Shown here one piece after another: positions 20,195-29,888 of a stretch of DNA of 64,000 bases. The position numbers were made by a program, and so were the translations under genes. Position 1 is the stretch's first letter; the number at the start of each line of letters is the position of its first letter. This DNA comes from an uncultured Candidatus Rokubacteria bacterium (GTDB lineage Bacteria; Methylomirabilota; Methylomirabilia; Rokubacteriales; DASRDR01), in the NCBI GenBank assembly GCA_963708025.1, contig CAVPSB010000035.1, positions 1 to 64,000 of the forward strand. The letters are read 5' to 3'. The notes beneath the pieces were generated by a model. It did not search any database, had not been told where the DNA came from, and saw nothing but the letters and a program-made list of their open reading frames with translations.

Positions 20195-21067
20195 ATGGCC
20201 TGGCTCGACACCGTCGTGCAGGGCGTCCTGCTCGGCGGCCTCTACGCGCTCTTCGCGACCGGGCTCTCGCTGATCTTCGGCGTCATGCGCCTGGTGAACC
20301 TCGCCCACGGCGACTTCAGCATCCTGGCGGCCTTTCTCGCCGTCGTCGTCGTGGGGGCCCTCGGGCTCAACCCGCTGGTCGCGCTGGTCGTGGTGGTGCC
20401 CGTCATGGCGATGCTCGGCTACGTGCTGCAGCGGCTGGTGCTCAACCGGCTGCTGGGGCGCGGCATCCTGCCGGCCGTGCTCGTGACGTTCGGCTTCTCC
20501 ATCGTCATCCAGAACGGCCTGCTCGAGACGTTCTCCGCGGACTCCCAGCGGCTCAACCCCGGCGGCATCGAGACGGCGAGTCTCGCCCTCGGCGGGGGGC
20601 TGGCCGTCGGCTGGTTTTCGTTGCTGACGTTCGCGGTGGCCGTCGGGCTCCTGGTCGGGCTCCAGCTCCTCATCGGCCGCACGGCGATCGGCCGCGCCTT
20701 TCGGGCGACCTCGGACGACGGCGAGACGGCGGCGCTGATGGGGATCGACACCCGGCGACTCTACGGACTCGCGATGGCGCTGTCGCTGGCCATCGTCGCG
20801 GTCGCCGGGGTCTTCCTCGGCATCCGCACGACCTTCACGTTCGCGAGCGGCCCCGACCGGCTCCTCTTCGCCTTCGAGGCGGTGATCATCGGGGGGCTTG
20901 GCTCCTTGTGGGGCACGCTGGTCGGCGGCGTGATCCTCGGCGTGGCGCAGACGATCGGCGCGAAGCTCTCGCCGGGCTGGGGCGTGCTGACCGGACATCT
21001 GGTGTTCCTCGGTGTCCTGCTGTTGCGCCCGTCCGGTCTGTTCGCGAAGTCCCGGCGCGTGGACTGA
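20195..21067 (+). CDS. Branched-chain ABC permease (LivH-like)
   Basis: YALFATGLSLIFGVMRLVNLAHG, GRAFRA, IIGGLGS. Confidence 0.92.
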   Translation: MAWLDTVVQGVLLGGLYALFATGLSLIFGVMRLVNLAHGDFSILAAFLAVVVVGALGLNPLVALVVVVPVMAMLGYVLQRLVLNRLLGRGILPAVLVTFGFSIVIQNGLLETFSADSQRLNPGGIETASLALGGGLAVGWFSLLTFAVAVGLLVGLQLLIGRTAIGRAFRATSDDGETAALMGIDTRRLYGLAMALSLAIVAVAGVFLGIRTTFTFASGPDRLLFAFEAVIIGGLGSLWGTLVGGVILGVAQTIGAKLSPGWGVLTGHLVFLGVLLLRPSGLFAKSRRVD

Positions 21068-22077
21068 TGGCGCCCGCCACCCTGGCGGTCGAGCGCACCA
21101 CCCGGGCCAGCCGCGCCGGCGCGGTCGGCGCCGCTGTCCTGCTCGCCGGGCTGATCGCCCTGCCGTTGACGCGCGACGCTGGACTCATGCGTATGGTCGT
21201 CGAGCTCATCGCGTTCCTGGTGCTGGCGCAGATGTGGAATCTGCTTGCCGGCTATGCGGGCCTCGTCTCGATCGGGCAGCAGGCGTACGTCGGCCTCGGC
21301 GGCTACGCGCTCATCGTGCTGGCCGACGATCTCGGGGTGAATCCGTTCCTCGCGGTGCCTCTCGCCGGCGTGGCGGCGGCCGGATTCGCCCTCCCCACCG
21401 CCGCGCTCGTGTTCCGCTTCCGCGGCGGCTACTTCGCGGTCGGCACTTGGGCGGTCGCCGAGGTCTATCGGCTGCTCATCGCCAACACGACGGCGCTCGG
21501 GCGGGGCACCGGGCGCACGTTGAAGGCGGTGTTCCCGCTCGTCCGGGAGACGCGCGAGCTGGTGACGTATGGCCTCGCCGTGGCGGTTGGCGTCGGCGCG
21601 ATGGTCGCCGTGTACTTCTACGTGCGCTCGCGCCTGGGTGTCGGTCTGATGGCCGTTCGTGACAGCGAGCCGGCGTCGGAGAGCCTCGGCGTCAACGTGT
21701 TTCGCACCAGGCTCACGGTCTATCTGATCGCGGCCTTCGGAACGGGAGTGACGGGCGCGCTCATCTACCTGAACCTGCTCCGTATCTCGCCCGACGCGGC
21801 GTTTTCGATCAACTGGACCGCCTACACGATCTTCATCGTCGTGATCGGCGGTCTCGGCACGCTGGAGGGACCGATCGTGGGCGCGGTCGTCTTCTTCCTG
21901 CTCCGCGAGCTGCTGGCCGACTACGGCGCCTGGTACATGATCCTGCTCGGCTCGCTCGCCGTGCTGACGATGATGTGCTATCCGCAGGGCCTGTGGGGTC
22001 TGGTCGCCGAGCGGTGGGATCTGCATCTCTTCCCGGTGCAGCGACGCGTCAGGATGGGCGCAGCCGCGAGGCGATGA
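21067..22077 (+). CDS. Branched-chain ABC permease (LivM-like)
   Basis: WNLLAGYAGLVSIGQ, GGYFAVGT, AVRDSE, VIGGLGTLEGP. Confidence 0.9.
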   Translation: MAPATLAVERTTRASRAGAVGAAVLLAGLIALPLTRDAGLMRMVVELIAFLVLAQMWNLLAGYAGLVSIGQQAYVGLGGYALIVLADDLGVNPFLAVPLAGVAAAGFALPTAALVFRFRGGYFAVGTWAVAEVYRLLIANTTALGRGTGRTLKAVFPLVRETRELVTYGLAVAVGVGAMVAVYFYVRSRLGVGLMAVRDSEPASESLGVNVFRTRLTVYLIAAFGTGVTGALIYLNLLRISPDAAFSINWTAYTIFIVVIGGLGTLEGPIVGAVVFFLLRELLADYGAWYMILLGSLAVLTMMCYPQGLWGLVAERWDLHLFPVQRRVRMGAAARR

Positions 22078-22142
22078 CGAGCGCCGCGACGGAGGTGAGC
22101 TCCGTCGGATACACTTGGGTCCCCATCCCCCCGCCGCGCCCG

Positions 22143-22209
22143 CCCCTGGCGCCGCGCACGATCCACGACGCCATCCTGACCGCCACCTGCGCCGCCCGGC
22201 GCATCTGAC
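22143..22209 (+). repeat. Gene-tail repeat copy 3 (last ~65 nt of oxidoreductase 11427-13391)
   Basis: CCCTGGCGCCGCGCACGATCCACGACGCCATCCTGACCGCCACCTGCGCCGCCCGGCGCATCTGA. Confidence 0.9.
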
Positions 22210-22231
22210 GAGGCCGGGGCGCCCTGTTGTC

Positions 22232-22260
22232 TTGCACAAGTGCCATCGTCGTATTACACT
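22232..22260 (+). promoter_or_regulatory. sigma70-type promoter of TA operon (probably leaderless)
   Basis: TTGCAC-N17-TACACT, 7 nt before GTG22268. Confidence 0.65.
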
Positions 22261-22267
22261 GGTCGGC

Positions 22268-22519
22268 GTGAAGACCCTCACCGTGCGATTGCCCGAGGCC
22301 CTGGTCGCGGAGATCGAAGCCGAGTCTCGCGAACGTCGGCGCTCGAAGTCCGACGTTGTTCGGGAACGCTTGAGCCGCGTCGCCGGGCCGCGCGCGAGGC
22401 CCGCGTCCCCGGCCATTGCCGATCTCGTGGGCTCGGTCGGTGGGTTGCCGGCCGATCTGAGTGGGCAGAAGAAGGCCTACTTGAAGACCACGGGTTATGG
22501 CCGGAAGCGCGCTCGTTGA
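22268..22519 (+). CDS. Ribbon-helix-helix (CopG-like) antitoxin
   Basis: KTLTVRLPEALVAEIEAESRERRRSKSDVVRERL; overlaps PIN gene. Confidence 0.82.
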   Translation: MKTLTVRLPEALVAEIEAESRERRRSKSDVVRERLSRVAGPRARPASPAIADLVGSVGGLPADLSGQKKAYLKTTGYGRKRAR

Positions 22520-22907
22520 CGCCGGTTTTCTGATCGCCCTTCTGAGCCGCCGGGACCGCCATCACGCATGGGCGGCGGCCCAATCCCCGGGTCTTGCCCC
22601 GCCTTGGAAAACCTGCGAAGCGGCCCTCTCGGAGGCCTTCCATCTTCTCGGGGCTCGGGGCCGACCTAGCCTCGCCACGCTTCTTCGCCGCAGCGCTGTG
22701 GTCTCCGCCTTCGACCTCACGGACGAACTGGACCGAGTCTTGAATCTCATGCAGAAGTACGCCGACGTCCCGATGAGTCTTGCGGATGCCTGCCTCGTGA
22801 GGATGAGCGAAACCCTGGCCGATCCTGTCATCCTGACCACCGATGCTGATTTCCGCATCTATCGCCGCCACGGTCGTCACGTTGTTCCCTGCGTGACCCC
22901 GTACTGA
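22497..22907 (+). CDS. PIN-domain (VapC-like) toxin
   Basis: LVDAGFLIA..D..H, LSEA, MSLADACL, ILTTDADF..YR acidic PIN residues. Confidence 0.88.
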   Translation: MAGSALVDAGFLIALLSRRDRHHAWAAAQSPGLAPPWKTCEAALSEAFHLLGARGRPSLATLLRRSAVVSAFDLTDELDRVLNLMQKYADVPMSLADACLVRMSETLADPVILTTDADFRIYRRHGRHVVPCVTPY

Positions 22908-22967
22908 CGGAATTCGAACCCGCGTGTGGGTCTGCCACGCTGCGACGTCGGGAGCCGGACGACCCGG

Positions 22968-23152
22968 CCTACTCCGGTGGCGGAATGAGATTCAGCAGGG
23001 GGCTCGTCCCGGGTGGCCATCTCCGCCCGCGCCACGTTGACGAGGACGGCGGTCGGCTTCATGGCCCGAAGCTCGCGGTCCCGACGAGGCCGCGGGTCCG
23101 GGGCGTGAGCGGCAGCGCGAGCGCCGGGTAGTCGGCGCGCCTCAGCACGCTG
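22968..23152 (-). repeat. Degenerate, internally deleted duplicate of the 3' end of the dehydrogenase at 24013-24994
   Basis: 23019-23152 matches 24281-24415; 22968-23018 matches 24012-24062 including the stop (CCTACTCCGGTG). Confidence 0.85.
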
Positions 23153-23353
23153 TAGCGCACGGCTGAGGTCAACCCCCAACAAATCTCTCGCGTCGTCGTC
23201 GCGCGAGCTGATGAACGCGGCGGGGAGCGTCAACGGTCGGAGGTAGCTCCGGGTGGGCAGTTGGACGGGCCGCGCTCGAGGTCACGGGCCGGTGAAACGC
23301 CCTGCCACTCTACGCTATCATCGGGTGGCCGCCAGGCCGAGGGGGATGCCGCC

Positions 23354-23848
23354 ATGACGATGTACTGGAAGGAGATCACGGTCAACTGGGGTGAGTCCGA
23401 CCCGTTCGGGCTCGTCTACTACCCCCGGATCGTCGCCTGGTTCAACGACACCGAGCACGAGCTGTTCCGGACCATCGGCTACCCGATCGAACAGATGATC
23501 AAGAACGATCGCACGACCTTCGTGATGGGCGAGATCCACTTCCGCTTCATCGGCCCCGCCGCCTACGGCGACCGGATCATCACGACCATCACGCTGGCCG
23601 AGATCGGCGAGCACACGCTGCACTGGAACTGCAAGGCCAAGAACGCGCTCACCGGCGCGGAGGTCAGCGAGGGCCGGGCCACCCGTGTGTACGCGCGCAT
23701 CAACGAGGACGGCACGCTGAAGGCACACCCCATCCCGGAAGAGATGCGGAGCGCGCTCCGCGAGCTGGGCGATCTCAAGCATCTCCGGCCGAACAGCGGG
23801 CCGTCCAAGCTGCCGGCCGCGAGCCACCTGCGGCAGCAGCCGCCCTAG
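23354..23848 (+). CDS. Acyl-CoA thioesterase (4HBT/hotdog family)
   Basis: VNWGESDPFGLVYYPR, FRFIGPAAYGD, PIPEEMR. Confidence 0.85.
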   Translation: MTMYWKEITVNWGESDPFGLVYYPRIVAWFNDTEHELFRTIGYPIEQMIKNDRTTFVMGEIHFRFIGPAAYGDRIITTITLAEIGEHTLHWNCKAKNALTGAEVSEGRATRVYARINEDGTLKAHPIPEEMRSALRELGDLKHLRPNSGPSKLPAASHLRQQPP

Positions 23849-23851
23849 ATG

Positions 23852-23922
23852 CTTCGGGGGGGTGTCGGAACACCCCCCCGATGCCCCCCCGCCGTTGCGC
23901 CGGCGAAGCCGGCGCTCGGAGC
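23852..23922 (+). repeat. REP-like palindromic element, family A
   Basis: Hairpins TCGGGGGGGTGT-CGGA-ACACCCCCCCGA and GCGCCGGC-GAA-GCCGGCGC; relatives at 28890, 55916, 57814. Confidence 0.8.
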
Positions 23923-24012
23923 GCTGTTCGATGCACGCCTCGCGGATCGACTTTCGCGAGGCTACGCCGACACGCCCTAGGCCATTTCGGGAGGCTCGGA
24001 AAGCCCTTGGTC

Positions 24013-24994
24013 CTACTCCGGTGACGAGATCTGATTCAGGGGGGGCTCGCCCCGCGCGGCCCGGTGGATGTTCTCCGCGATGAGGGTCGCGCGCGCCTCC
24101 ACCATGCCTTCGGTCCAGCCGGACACGTGCGGCGTCATGAGGACGTTCGGCAGCTCGTGGAACGGCCGTTGCGCGGGCAGCGTCGGGTGGGGATCGGACG
24201 GGTACCGGTACCAGACGTCGAGGGCGGCGCCCGCGATCCGCCGCTCGGCCAGCGCCTCGTAGAGCGCGTCCTCGTCGACGATCTCCGCCCGCGCCACGTT
24301 GACGAGGAGGGCGGTCGGCTTCATGGCCCGAAGCTCCGGGTCCCCGAGGAGGCCGCGGGTCTCGGGGGTGAGCGGCAGGGTGATCGCCAGGTAGTCGGCG
24401 CGCGTCAGCACGCTGCTCGAGGGCGTCGGGCCCCCGGAGGACGACGAGGCCCTGGCGGTCGGGCTGCGTGGCGTCGCGGCGGATCGCCAGGACCGTCATG
24501 TCGAACGCCCGGGCGCGCCGGGCCAGGGCCTGGCCGATCCGGCCGTAGCCGAGGATGCCGAGCGTCTTGCCGGCCAGCTCCGGCCAGGGCGCCGGGGGCG
24601 GCGCCGACACCGCCCACTGGCTCTCCCAGTCTCCGCGCCGGAGGCGGGCGTCGAGGCGGCAAAAGCCGCGGCTCAGTGCCAGCATGGCCCCGATCACGTA
24701 CTCCGCGATGCCGCGCTCGTGGCCATAGGCATTCGCCAGCCACGTGCCGGGCGAAAGCGCGGCTCGGTCGATCCGGTCGAGGCTGGCGCCGGGCACCTGG
24801 ACGAGCCTGAGGCGTTGGGCCGACGCCCCCATCTCGCGGGTGAACGCCATGCTGACGAGGACGTCCACATCGGGAAGCGGGGAGCCGATCCCGGCCTCCT
24901 CGTCCACGACGACGTCGCACGGGATCGCCAGGTGGGACCGGATTGGCTCCGCGAGGCGGGCCGCGAAGACACCGGCGAAGGCGACGCGAAGCAT
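24013..24994 (-). CDS. D-isomer-specific 2-hydroxyacid dehydrogenase; frameshift near 24415
   Basis: IAEYV, ELAGKTLGILGYGRIG, LPLTPETRG, LVNVARA, AALDVW, TPHVSG. Confidence 0.88.
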
Positions 24995-25030
24995 GCTTGG
25001 CCATCTTGTTCGGCAACGACCAGGGATGCA

Positions 25031-25047
25031 ATTACCTGGCAGGTAAT
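25031..25047. promoter_or_regulatory. Palindromic operator between divergent genes
   Basis: Perfect inverted repeat ATTACCTG-G-CAGGTAAT; TATACT -10 at 25069-25074 nearby. Confidence 0.75.
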
Positions 25048-25080
25048 GTCCGCCAAAGGCTGCCGGCATATACTGGCGGG

Positions 25081-25926
25081 GTGAAGACGCGGCGGGGCGC
25101 GACGAGACAGCTCGACGAGGCGACGGCGAGTCGCGTGGGCCGGCTGCTCAAGCAGTGGCGCGAGCGGCGCCGGATGAGCCAGCTCGGGCTGGCCGCGGAG
25201 GCCGAGATCTCGACGCGCCATCTGAGCTTCCTCGAGACGGGTCGCGCCCAGCCGAGCCGCGAGATGCTCCAGCTCCTCTCCAGGGCGCTGGAGGTGCCGC
25301 TGCGCGCCCGCAACGAGCTGCTGACCGCCGCGGGGTATGCACCGATCTACCGAGAGACGGGGCTGGATGCGCCGGAGATGGCGCAGGTGCGCCGCGCGAT
25401 CGACTTCATGCTGCGCCAGCAGGAGCCCTATCCCGCGGTCGTCCTCGACCGGCACTGGAACATCGTCCGGGCCAACGAGGCGATCGGCCGGGTCATGGGC
25501 CTGTTCCTGAGCGCGGACGAGGCGGCGGCGGCCGGGGCGCCGAACGTCATGCGGCTCACTTACCACCCGCGGGGCCTGCGCTCCTGGATCGCCAACTGGG
25601 AGCAGACCGCCTCGGCCTACGTCCAGTGGCTGCACCGCGACCTGCTGCGCACCGGCGACGCGAGGACGGGCGCCCTGCTCGACGAGCTGCTGTCCTACCC
25701 CGGCATCCCGCGCACGTGGCTCTCGCTCGACCTCGATGCCTCGACCGCGCCGTTCCTGGCGATGGAGTTCCGCAAGGACGACGTGCGCCTGAACTTCTTC
25801 ACGACCATCGCCAGCCTGGGCACGCCCTACGACATCACGCTCCACGAGCTCAGGATCGAGTGTTTCTTTCCCGCCGACGAGGCGACCGAGGGGGCGCTTC
25901 GCCGCCTCGCCGCCGCGGCACCCTAG
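25081..25926 (+). CDS. XRE-family HTH regulator with MmyB-like ligand-binding domain
   Basis: LLKQWRERRRMSQLGLA..STRHLSFLETGRAQPSREM, QEPYPAVVLDRHWN, ELRIECFFPAD. Confidence 0.92.
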   Translation: MKTRRGATRQLDEATASRVGRLLKQWRERRRMSQLGLAAEAEISTRHLSFLETGRAQPSREMLQLLSRALEVPLRARNELLTAAGYAPIYRETGLDAPEMAQVRRAIDFMLRQQEPYPAVVLDRHWNIVRANEAIGRVMGLFLSADEAAAAGAPNVMRLTYHPRGLRSWIANWEQTASAYVQWLHRDLLRTGDARTGALLDELLSYPGIPRTWLSLDLDASTAPFLAMEFRKDDVRLNFFTTIASLGTPYDITLHELRIECFFPADEATEGALRRLAAAAP

Positions 25927-26180
25927 TGACCACCCTGTCGTCCATGGCGGGTCCATGACCGCCGGCCGCGCATCAGTCCTCCCGCACGTGCCCATCCGCC
26001 AGTCGCCCGTGTGAAAGCGTCGAACCCCGACTGCTCGACTGCCCAGGCGTGACACTCGAACCGATCACGAGATTGCTGGTCGGGACTCTGCCCCTTGGCC
26101 GGGTAGACGTACGGCTGGGCGCTCGCGCTCGCGAGCCAGGCAGTCCCCAGGATCGCCGACAGTGCGACGATCCGCCGCAC
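25923..26180 (-). pseudogene. Truncated/internally deleted exported glycine-zipper-type protein
   Basis: Signal peptide plus YVYPAKGQSPDQQSRDRFECHAWAVEQSGFD typical N-terminus, then the sequence degenerates. Confidence 0.55.
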
Positions 26181-26216
26181 CGCTCCGCGGTGTCTCGTCC
26201 GGCTCCGCCTCGCGAC

Positions 26217-26711
26217 TCAGGCCTTGACGCCGACCGCTGCGGCCAGATCCTTCAGTGCCGCGGTTTCCTGTTCGCTCACCTGCGTGCCGCCGAAGCCGAG
26301 GAAGCCGCCCTCCTTCGCTGCCTCGGCCACACGCTGACCGATCGCCACCAGCCAGCGCCTGAATCCCTCGCTTTCCTCTGGGCTGGTCTTCCGCCCGACC
26401 GTCTCGGTGACGCTGCGGATGCCCGCGAGCGCCTCGCTCCTGAGGGCGTCGGGCGTTTTCCCCGACAGCTCGGACGCGCTCGCCTGCCCGCGTCCTTCGG
26501 GAGCGCCCAGGTCGGCGACCACAGCCTTGACCAGCGCGTTCGCCGGCCCCTGGCTCTTCGCCTCGGCCAGGACCTTGCCGACCGCGAACATCTCCTTCAG
26601 GACGCCGAGCGGGCCGCTGGGGCTCGCGGCCACGACGACCAGACCGGCCATGAAGGGTGCCCGCAGGATCTTCTGCCACTCGTCCGGGGTGAAGTCAGCT
26701 TTCGTCGCCAC
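26217..26711 (-). CDS. Conserved hypothetical protein
   Basis: RBS GGAGG; FTPDEW..., [22 protein letters not shown]; coding-like codon use. Confidence 0.75.
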   Translation of the reverse strand: MATKADFTPDEWQKILRAPFMAGLVVVAASPSGPLGVLKEMFAVGKVLAEAKSQGPANALVKAVVADLGAPEGRGQASASELSGKTPDALRSEALAGIRSVTETVGRKTSPEESEGFRRWLVAIGQRVAEAAKEGGFLGFGGTQVSEQETAALKDLAAAVGVKA

Positions 26712-26745
26712 CGTGCACCTCCGTTGGGGAAATGGTCACACACGC

Positions 26746-27525
26746 TCAGTGCTCTCGCAGCTCGATTCGCCGCAGGAACGCCCGGAGCCGGTCGTTGGTG
26801 GGCGCGGCCAGGACCTCGCGCGGCGTGCCTTCGACCTGGATGCGGCCGCCGTCCATGAAGACGATCCGGGAGCCGACGTCGCGGGCGAAGACCATCTCGT
26901 GGGTGACCACGACCATCGTCATCCCGTCGCGGGCCAGCTCCTGGACCACGGTCAGCACCTCGCCCACCAGCTCGGGGTCGAGGGCGGAGGTGATCTCGTC
27001 GAGTAGCAGCACCTTCGGGTCCATCGCGACGGCGCGCGCGATGGCGACCCGCTGCTGCTGGCCGCCGGAGAGCTGGGCCGGGAGGCTGTCGAGCTTGTCG
27101 CCGAGGCCGACCCGGCCGAGCCACTGGGTGGCGACCCGGGCCGCCTCGGCCCGCGACAGGCCGCGGACCTTGCGGAGTCCCAGCACGACGTTCCCCAGGG
27201 CGGTCAGGTGCGGGAACAGGTTGAAGAGCTGGAAGACCATGCCGATGTCGGCGCGGATCCGGGCCAGCTCCCGCTCGCTCCGTCGCCGCCGCCGTCCGCC
27301 GGCGCCGTCGTGGAAGCCGACCTCCACGCCATCGACGCGGACCGAGCCCTCGTCGTAGGGCTCGAGCAGGTTGATGCACCGCAGGAGGGTGGTCTTGCCG
27401 CTGCCCGACGGGCCGATCACCACCACCACCTTCCCCTTCGGCACGTCGAGGTCGATGCCGTCGAGGACGCGATTCGCGCCGAACGTCTTCCGGAGCCCCC
27501 GGATCTCGACGACCGGCACGGCCAT
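26746..27525 (-). CDS. Polar amino acid ABC ATPase
   Basis: [49 protein letters not shown]. Confidence 0.93.
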   Translation of the reverse strand: MAVPVVEIRGLRKTFGANRVLDGIDLDVPKGKVVVVIGPSGSGKTTLLRCINLLEPYDEGSVRVDGVEVGFHDGAGGRRRRRSERELARIRADIGMVFQLFNLFPHLTALGNVVLGLRKVRGLSRAEAARVATQWLGRVGLGDKLDSLPAQLSGGQQQRVAIARAVAMDPKVLLLDEITSALDPELVGEVLTVVQELARDGMTMVVVTHEMVFARDVGSRIVFMDGGRIQVEGTPREVLAAPTNDRLRAFLRRIELREH

Positions 27526-27552
27526 CAGAGGGCGCCTCCGGTCGTCCCGCGC

Positions 27553-28200
27553 CTATTCCCGGACATAGACGAAGCGCGCTTCGAGCCGCCGGCTGGTCAG
27601 CGAGAGGCTGTAGTTGATGACGAAGTACATGAGGGCCCCCAGGACGTAGAGCGGCATCGGCTCGTAGGTCCGGCCGATCACCTGCTGGATCGCCAGCATC
27701 AGGTCGACGATCCCGACCAGGGACACGAGCGCGCTGCCCTTCACCGTGTCCACGACCGCGTTGATCCACGGCGGGAGGAACCGCCGCGCGGCTTGCGGGG
27801 CGATCACCCAGAGAAGGCGCTGGCCGAGGGTCAGCCCGATGGCCTTGCCGGCGTCGGTCTGACCTCGCGGGATGGACTGCACGGCACCCCGCACCAGCTC
27901 GATGACGTGGGCCGTCTTGAAGGCCGAGAGCGCGAGGATGGCGGCCGCGAAGCTGGTCAGGTTGATCTTGAATGCCGGCAGCCCGTAGTAGACGAAGAAG
28001 ATGAGGACCAGTAGCGGGATGCCGCGGAAGAAGTCGCTGTAGAGTCGGATGGGCCAGTACAGCCAGCGCGGTCCGAATGCGAGAGCGACGCCGAGGACGA
28101 TCCCGGCCGCCAGCGAGCAGATCACCACCAGCGCCGAGACGTGCAGCGTCACCAGGAGCCCGTCCCAGAGGAAGGGCAGGCTTCTGAGGGCGAGGCTCAT
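27553..28200 (-). CDS. Polar amino acid ABC permease
   Basis: [29 protein letters not shown]. Confidence 0.9.
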   Translation of the reverse strand: MSLALRSLPFLWDGLLVTLHVSALVVICSLAAGIVLGVALAFGPRWLYWPIRLYSDFFRGIPLLVLIFFVYYGLPAFKINLTSFAAAILALSAFKTAHVIELVRGAVQSIPRGQTDAGKAIGLTLGQRLLWVIAPQAARRFLPPWINAVVDTVKGSALVSLVGIVDLMLAIQQVIGRTYEPMPLYVLGALMYFVINYSLSLTSRRLEARFVYVRE

Positions 28201-28862
28201 CAGCCGATCGCGAAGCGCCGCTCGAGCCGGCGAAGCCCGAACAGCAGCAGGTAGCCCGTCACCAGGTACATCGGGGTGACCACCGCCCACACCTCGATGA
28301 CCCGGAACGAGTTGGTCTTGATCCACTGGGCGCCGTAGGTCAATTCGGGGACGGCGATGACGGACGCCAGCGCGGTGTCCTTGAAGAGCGAGATGTACGC
28401 GTTCGACAGCGATGGCAGCACTACCCGGAACATCGTGGGCAGCCGGACGTGGACGAGGCGCTGCCAGGGGGTCAGGCCGATCGCCTTCCCGGCGTCGAGG
28501 AGTCCACCCGGCACCGCGTCGAGGCCGGCCCGGAAGACTTCCACCAGGTAGGCGCCGGCGTAGGCCGAGAGCGTGATGACGAAGCTCGTCGTGGCGTCGT
28601 AGGCGAAGCCGCCCACGCTCGGGATGCCGTAGAAGACGAGGTAGACGAGCAGGAGCAGGGGAACGTTACGGATGAACTCCACGTAGGCCGCCACCGCGCC
28701 GCGGACGATCCGGCCGCCGCCGGTGTAGGCGAGGGCCAGGCCCAGTCCGATGACCATGCCGATCAGGATCGAGGCCAGGGCGAGCTGGAGGGAGAGCGCG
28801 AGCCCGTCGGTCAGCTTGTCGAGGTGCCGCCAGACGTAGGTGAAGTTGAAATGATACGTCAT
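28200..28862 (-). CDS. Polar amino acid ABC permease
   Basis: [29 protein letters not shown]. Confidence 0.9.
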   Translation of the reverse strand: MTYHFNFTYVWRHLDKLTDGLALSLQLALASILIGMVIGLGLALAYTGGGRIVRGAVAAYVEFIRNVPLLLLVYLVFYGIPSVGGFAYDATTSFVITLSAYAGAYLVEVFRAGLDAVPGGLLDAGKAIGLTPWQRLVHVRLPTMFRVVLPSLSNAYISLFKDTALASVIAVPELTYGAQWIKTNSFRVIEVWAVVTPMYLVTGYLLLFGLRRLERRFAIG

Positions 28863-28889
28863 AGCTCGCGACCCCTGATCCGCCGCCCG

Positions 28890-29007
28890 TCGGCTTCTCG
28901 CAACGCTCCAACTCCGGCCTCACGGCCTAGGCGTTCCACTCCGAGCCGCGGCTTCGCCGCGGCCTCCGGGGGGGGCATCGGGGGGGGTCTTCCCAGACCC
29001 CCCGAAG
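28890..29007 (-). repeat. REP-like palindromic element, family A (long form)
   Basis: GCCGCGGC-GAA-GCCGCGGC and G-run/C-run hairpin; shares TCGGCTTCTCGCAA flank with the 57814 copy. Confidence 0.82.
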
Positions 29008-29009
29008 AA

Positions 29010-29888
29010 CTAGATCGGGGGGAAGCCGGGCTTTCGGTCGGGCGGCTTCACGCCGAAGAACTCGTCGAGGGCGGCGTCGTATATGTCGTTCTGGTGTCCG
29101 AACATGGCCACGGTGAACGTCGTGTTGACCCACTGCTGCCAGTCGGGGTCGCCCTGCCGCATGGCGGCACCGTAGAGCATCGAGTTGTAGCTGTGCCCGG
29201 CGTCGACGTACCTGGTCGCGTCCCGCTTGACCAGCCAGCGGACGGTGGACAGATCCACCACCCCCACGTCGGCTCGCCCGGAATCGAGCGCCTGGATGAC
29301 GTTGGCCTGGGTGTCGAGCTGCATCACCTGGGCCTGGGGCAGCGCCTTGTGCACCAGCTTGTCGGCGTCAACGTTCTGGAGCACGGAGGCCCGGACGCTC
29401 TTGCCGGCGGCCGTGAGCGCCTTGAAGGTCTTGTGCTTGCCCTTGGGCGAGGTGAGGAGGGCGGCGCCCTCGACGTAGTAGGGCCGGGAGAACGCCACCA
29501 GCTGGGCCCGGGCTGGCGAGATGGTCATGAACTGGATCACGATGTCCACCTTGCCGGTGGTGATGTTGGGAATGCGCGCGGCCGGGTCCTGCTTGACGAA
29601 CTCGACCTTCCCGGCGTCGTCGAAGAGGCCCTTGGCCAGGATCCGGGCCATGGTGATGTCCATGCCGGTGAGCTGCCCCTTGTCGTCCTCGAAATGCCAG
29701 GGGGCGTTCGTGCTCCCGGTTCCGACCATCAGCTTGCCCCGATCGAGCACGGTCCGGAGCAGGCTGTCGGTGCGCGCCTGCGCGTAGGCCCGCCGCGGTG
29801 AGAAGGCGGCGCCGGCCGACGCGACGCCGGCCGCGAGCCCCAGCCCGCCCAGCTTGAGGAGATCACGACGCTCTGTGGATCGATCCAT
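29010..29888 (-). CDS. Polar amino acid ABC substrate-binding protein (family 3), Tat-like leader
   Basis: ERRDLLKLG leader; RGKLMVGT..NAPWHF, GMDI, RIPNITTGKVD, FSRPYY; RBS GGAGG. Confidence 0.9.
   Translation of the reverse strand: MDRSTERRDLLKLGGLGLAAGVASAGAAFSPRRAYAQARTDSLLRTVLDRGKLMVGTGSTNAPWHFEDDKGQLTGMDITMARILAKGLFDDAGKVEFVKQDPAARIPNITTGKVDIVIQFMTISPARAQLVAFSRPYYVEGAALLTSPKGKHKTFKALTAAGKSVRASVLQNVDADKLVHKALPQAQVMQLDTQANVIQALDSGRADVGVVDLSTVRWLVKRDATRYVDAGHSYNSMLYGAAMRQGDPDWQQWVNTTFTVAMFGHQNDIYDAALDEFFGVKPPDRKPGFPPI

Noticed and set aside
13402-24013. Classical integron or prophage/ICE
   Set aside because: No tyrosine or serine recombinase, attC-like repeats, tRNA target, phage or conjugation genes recognised
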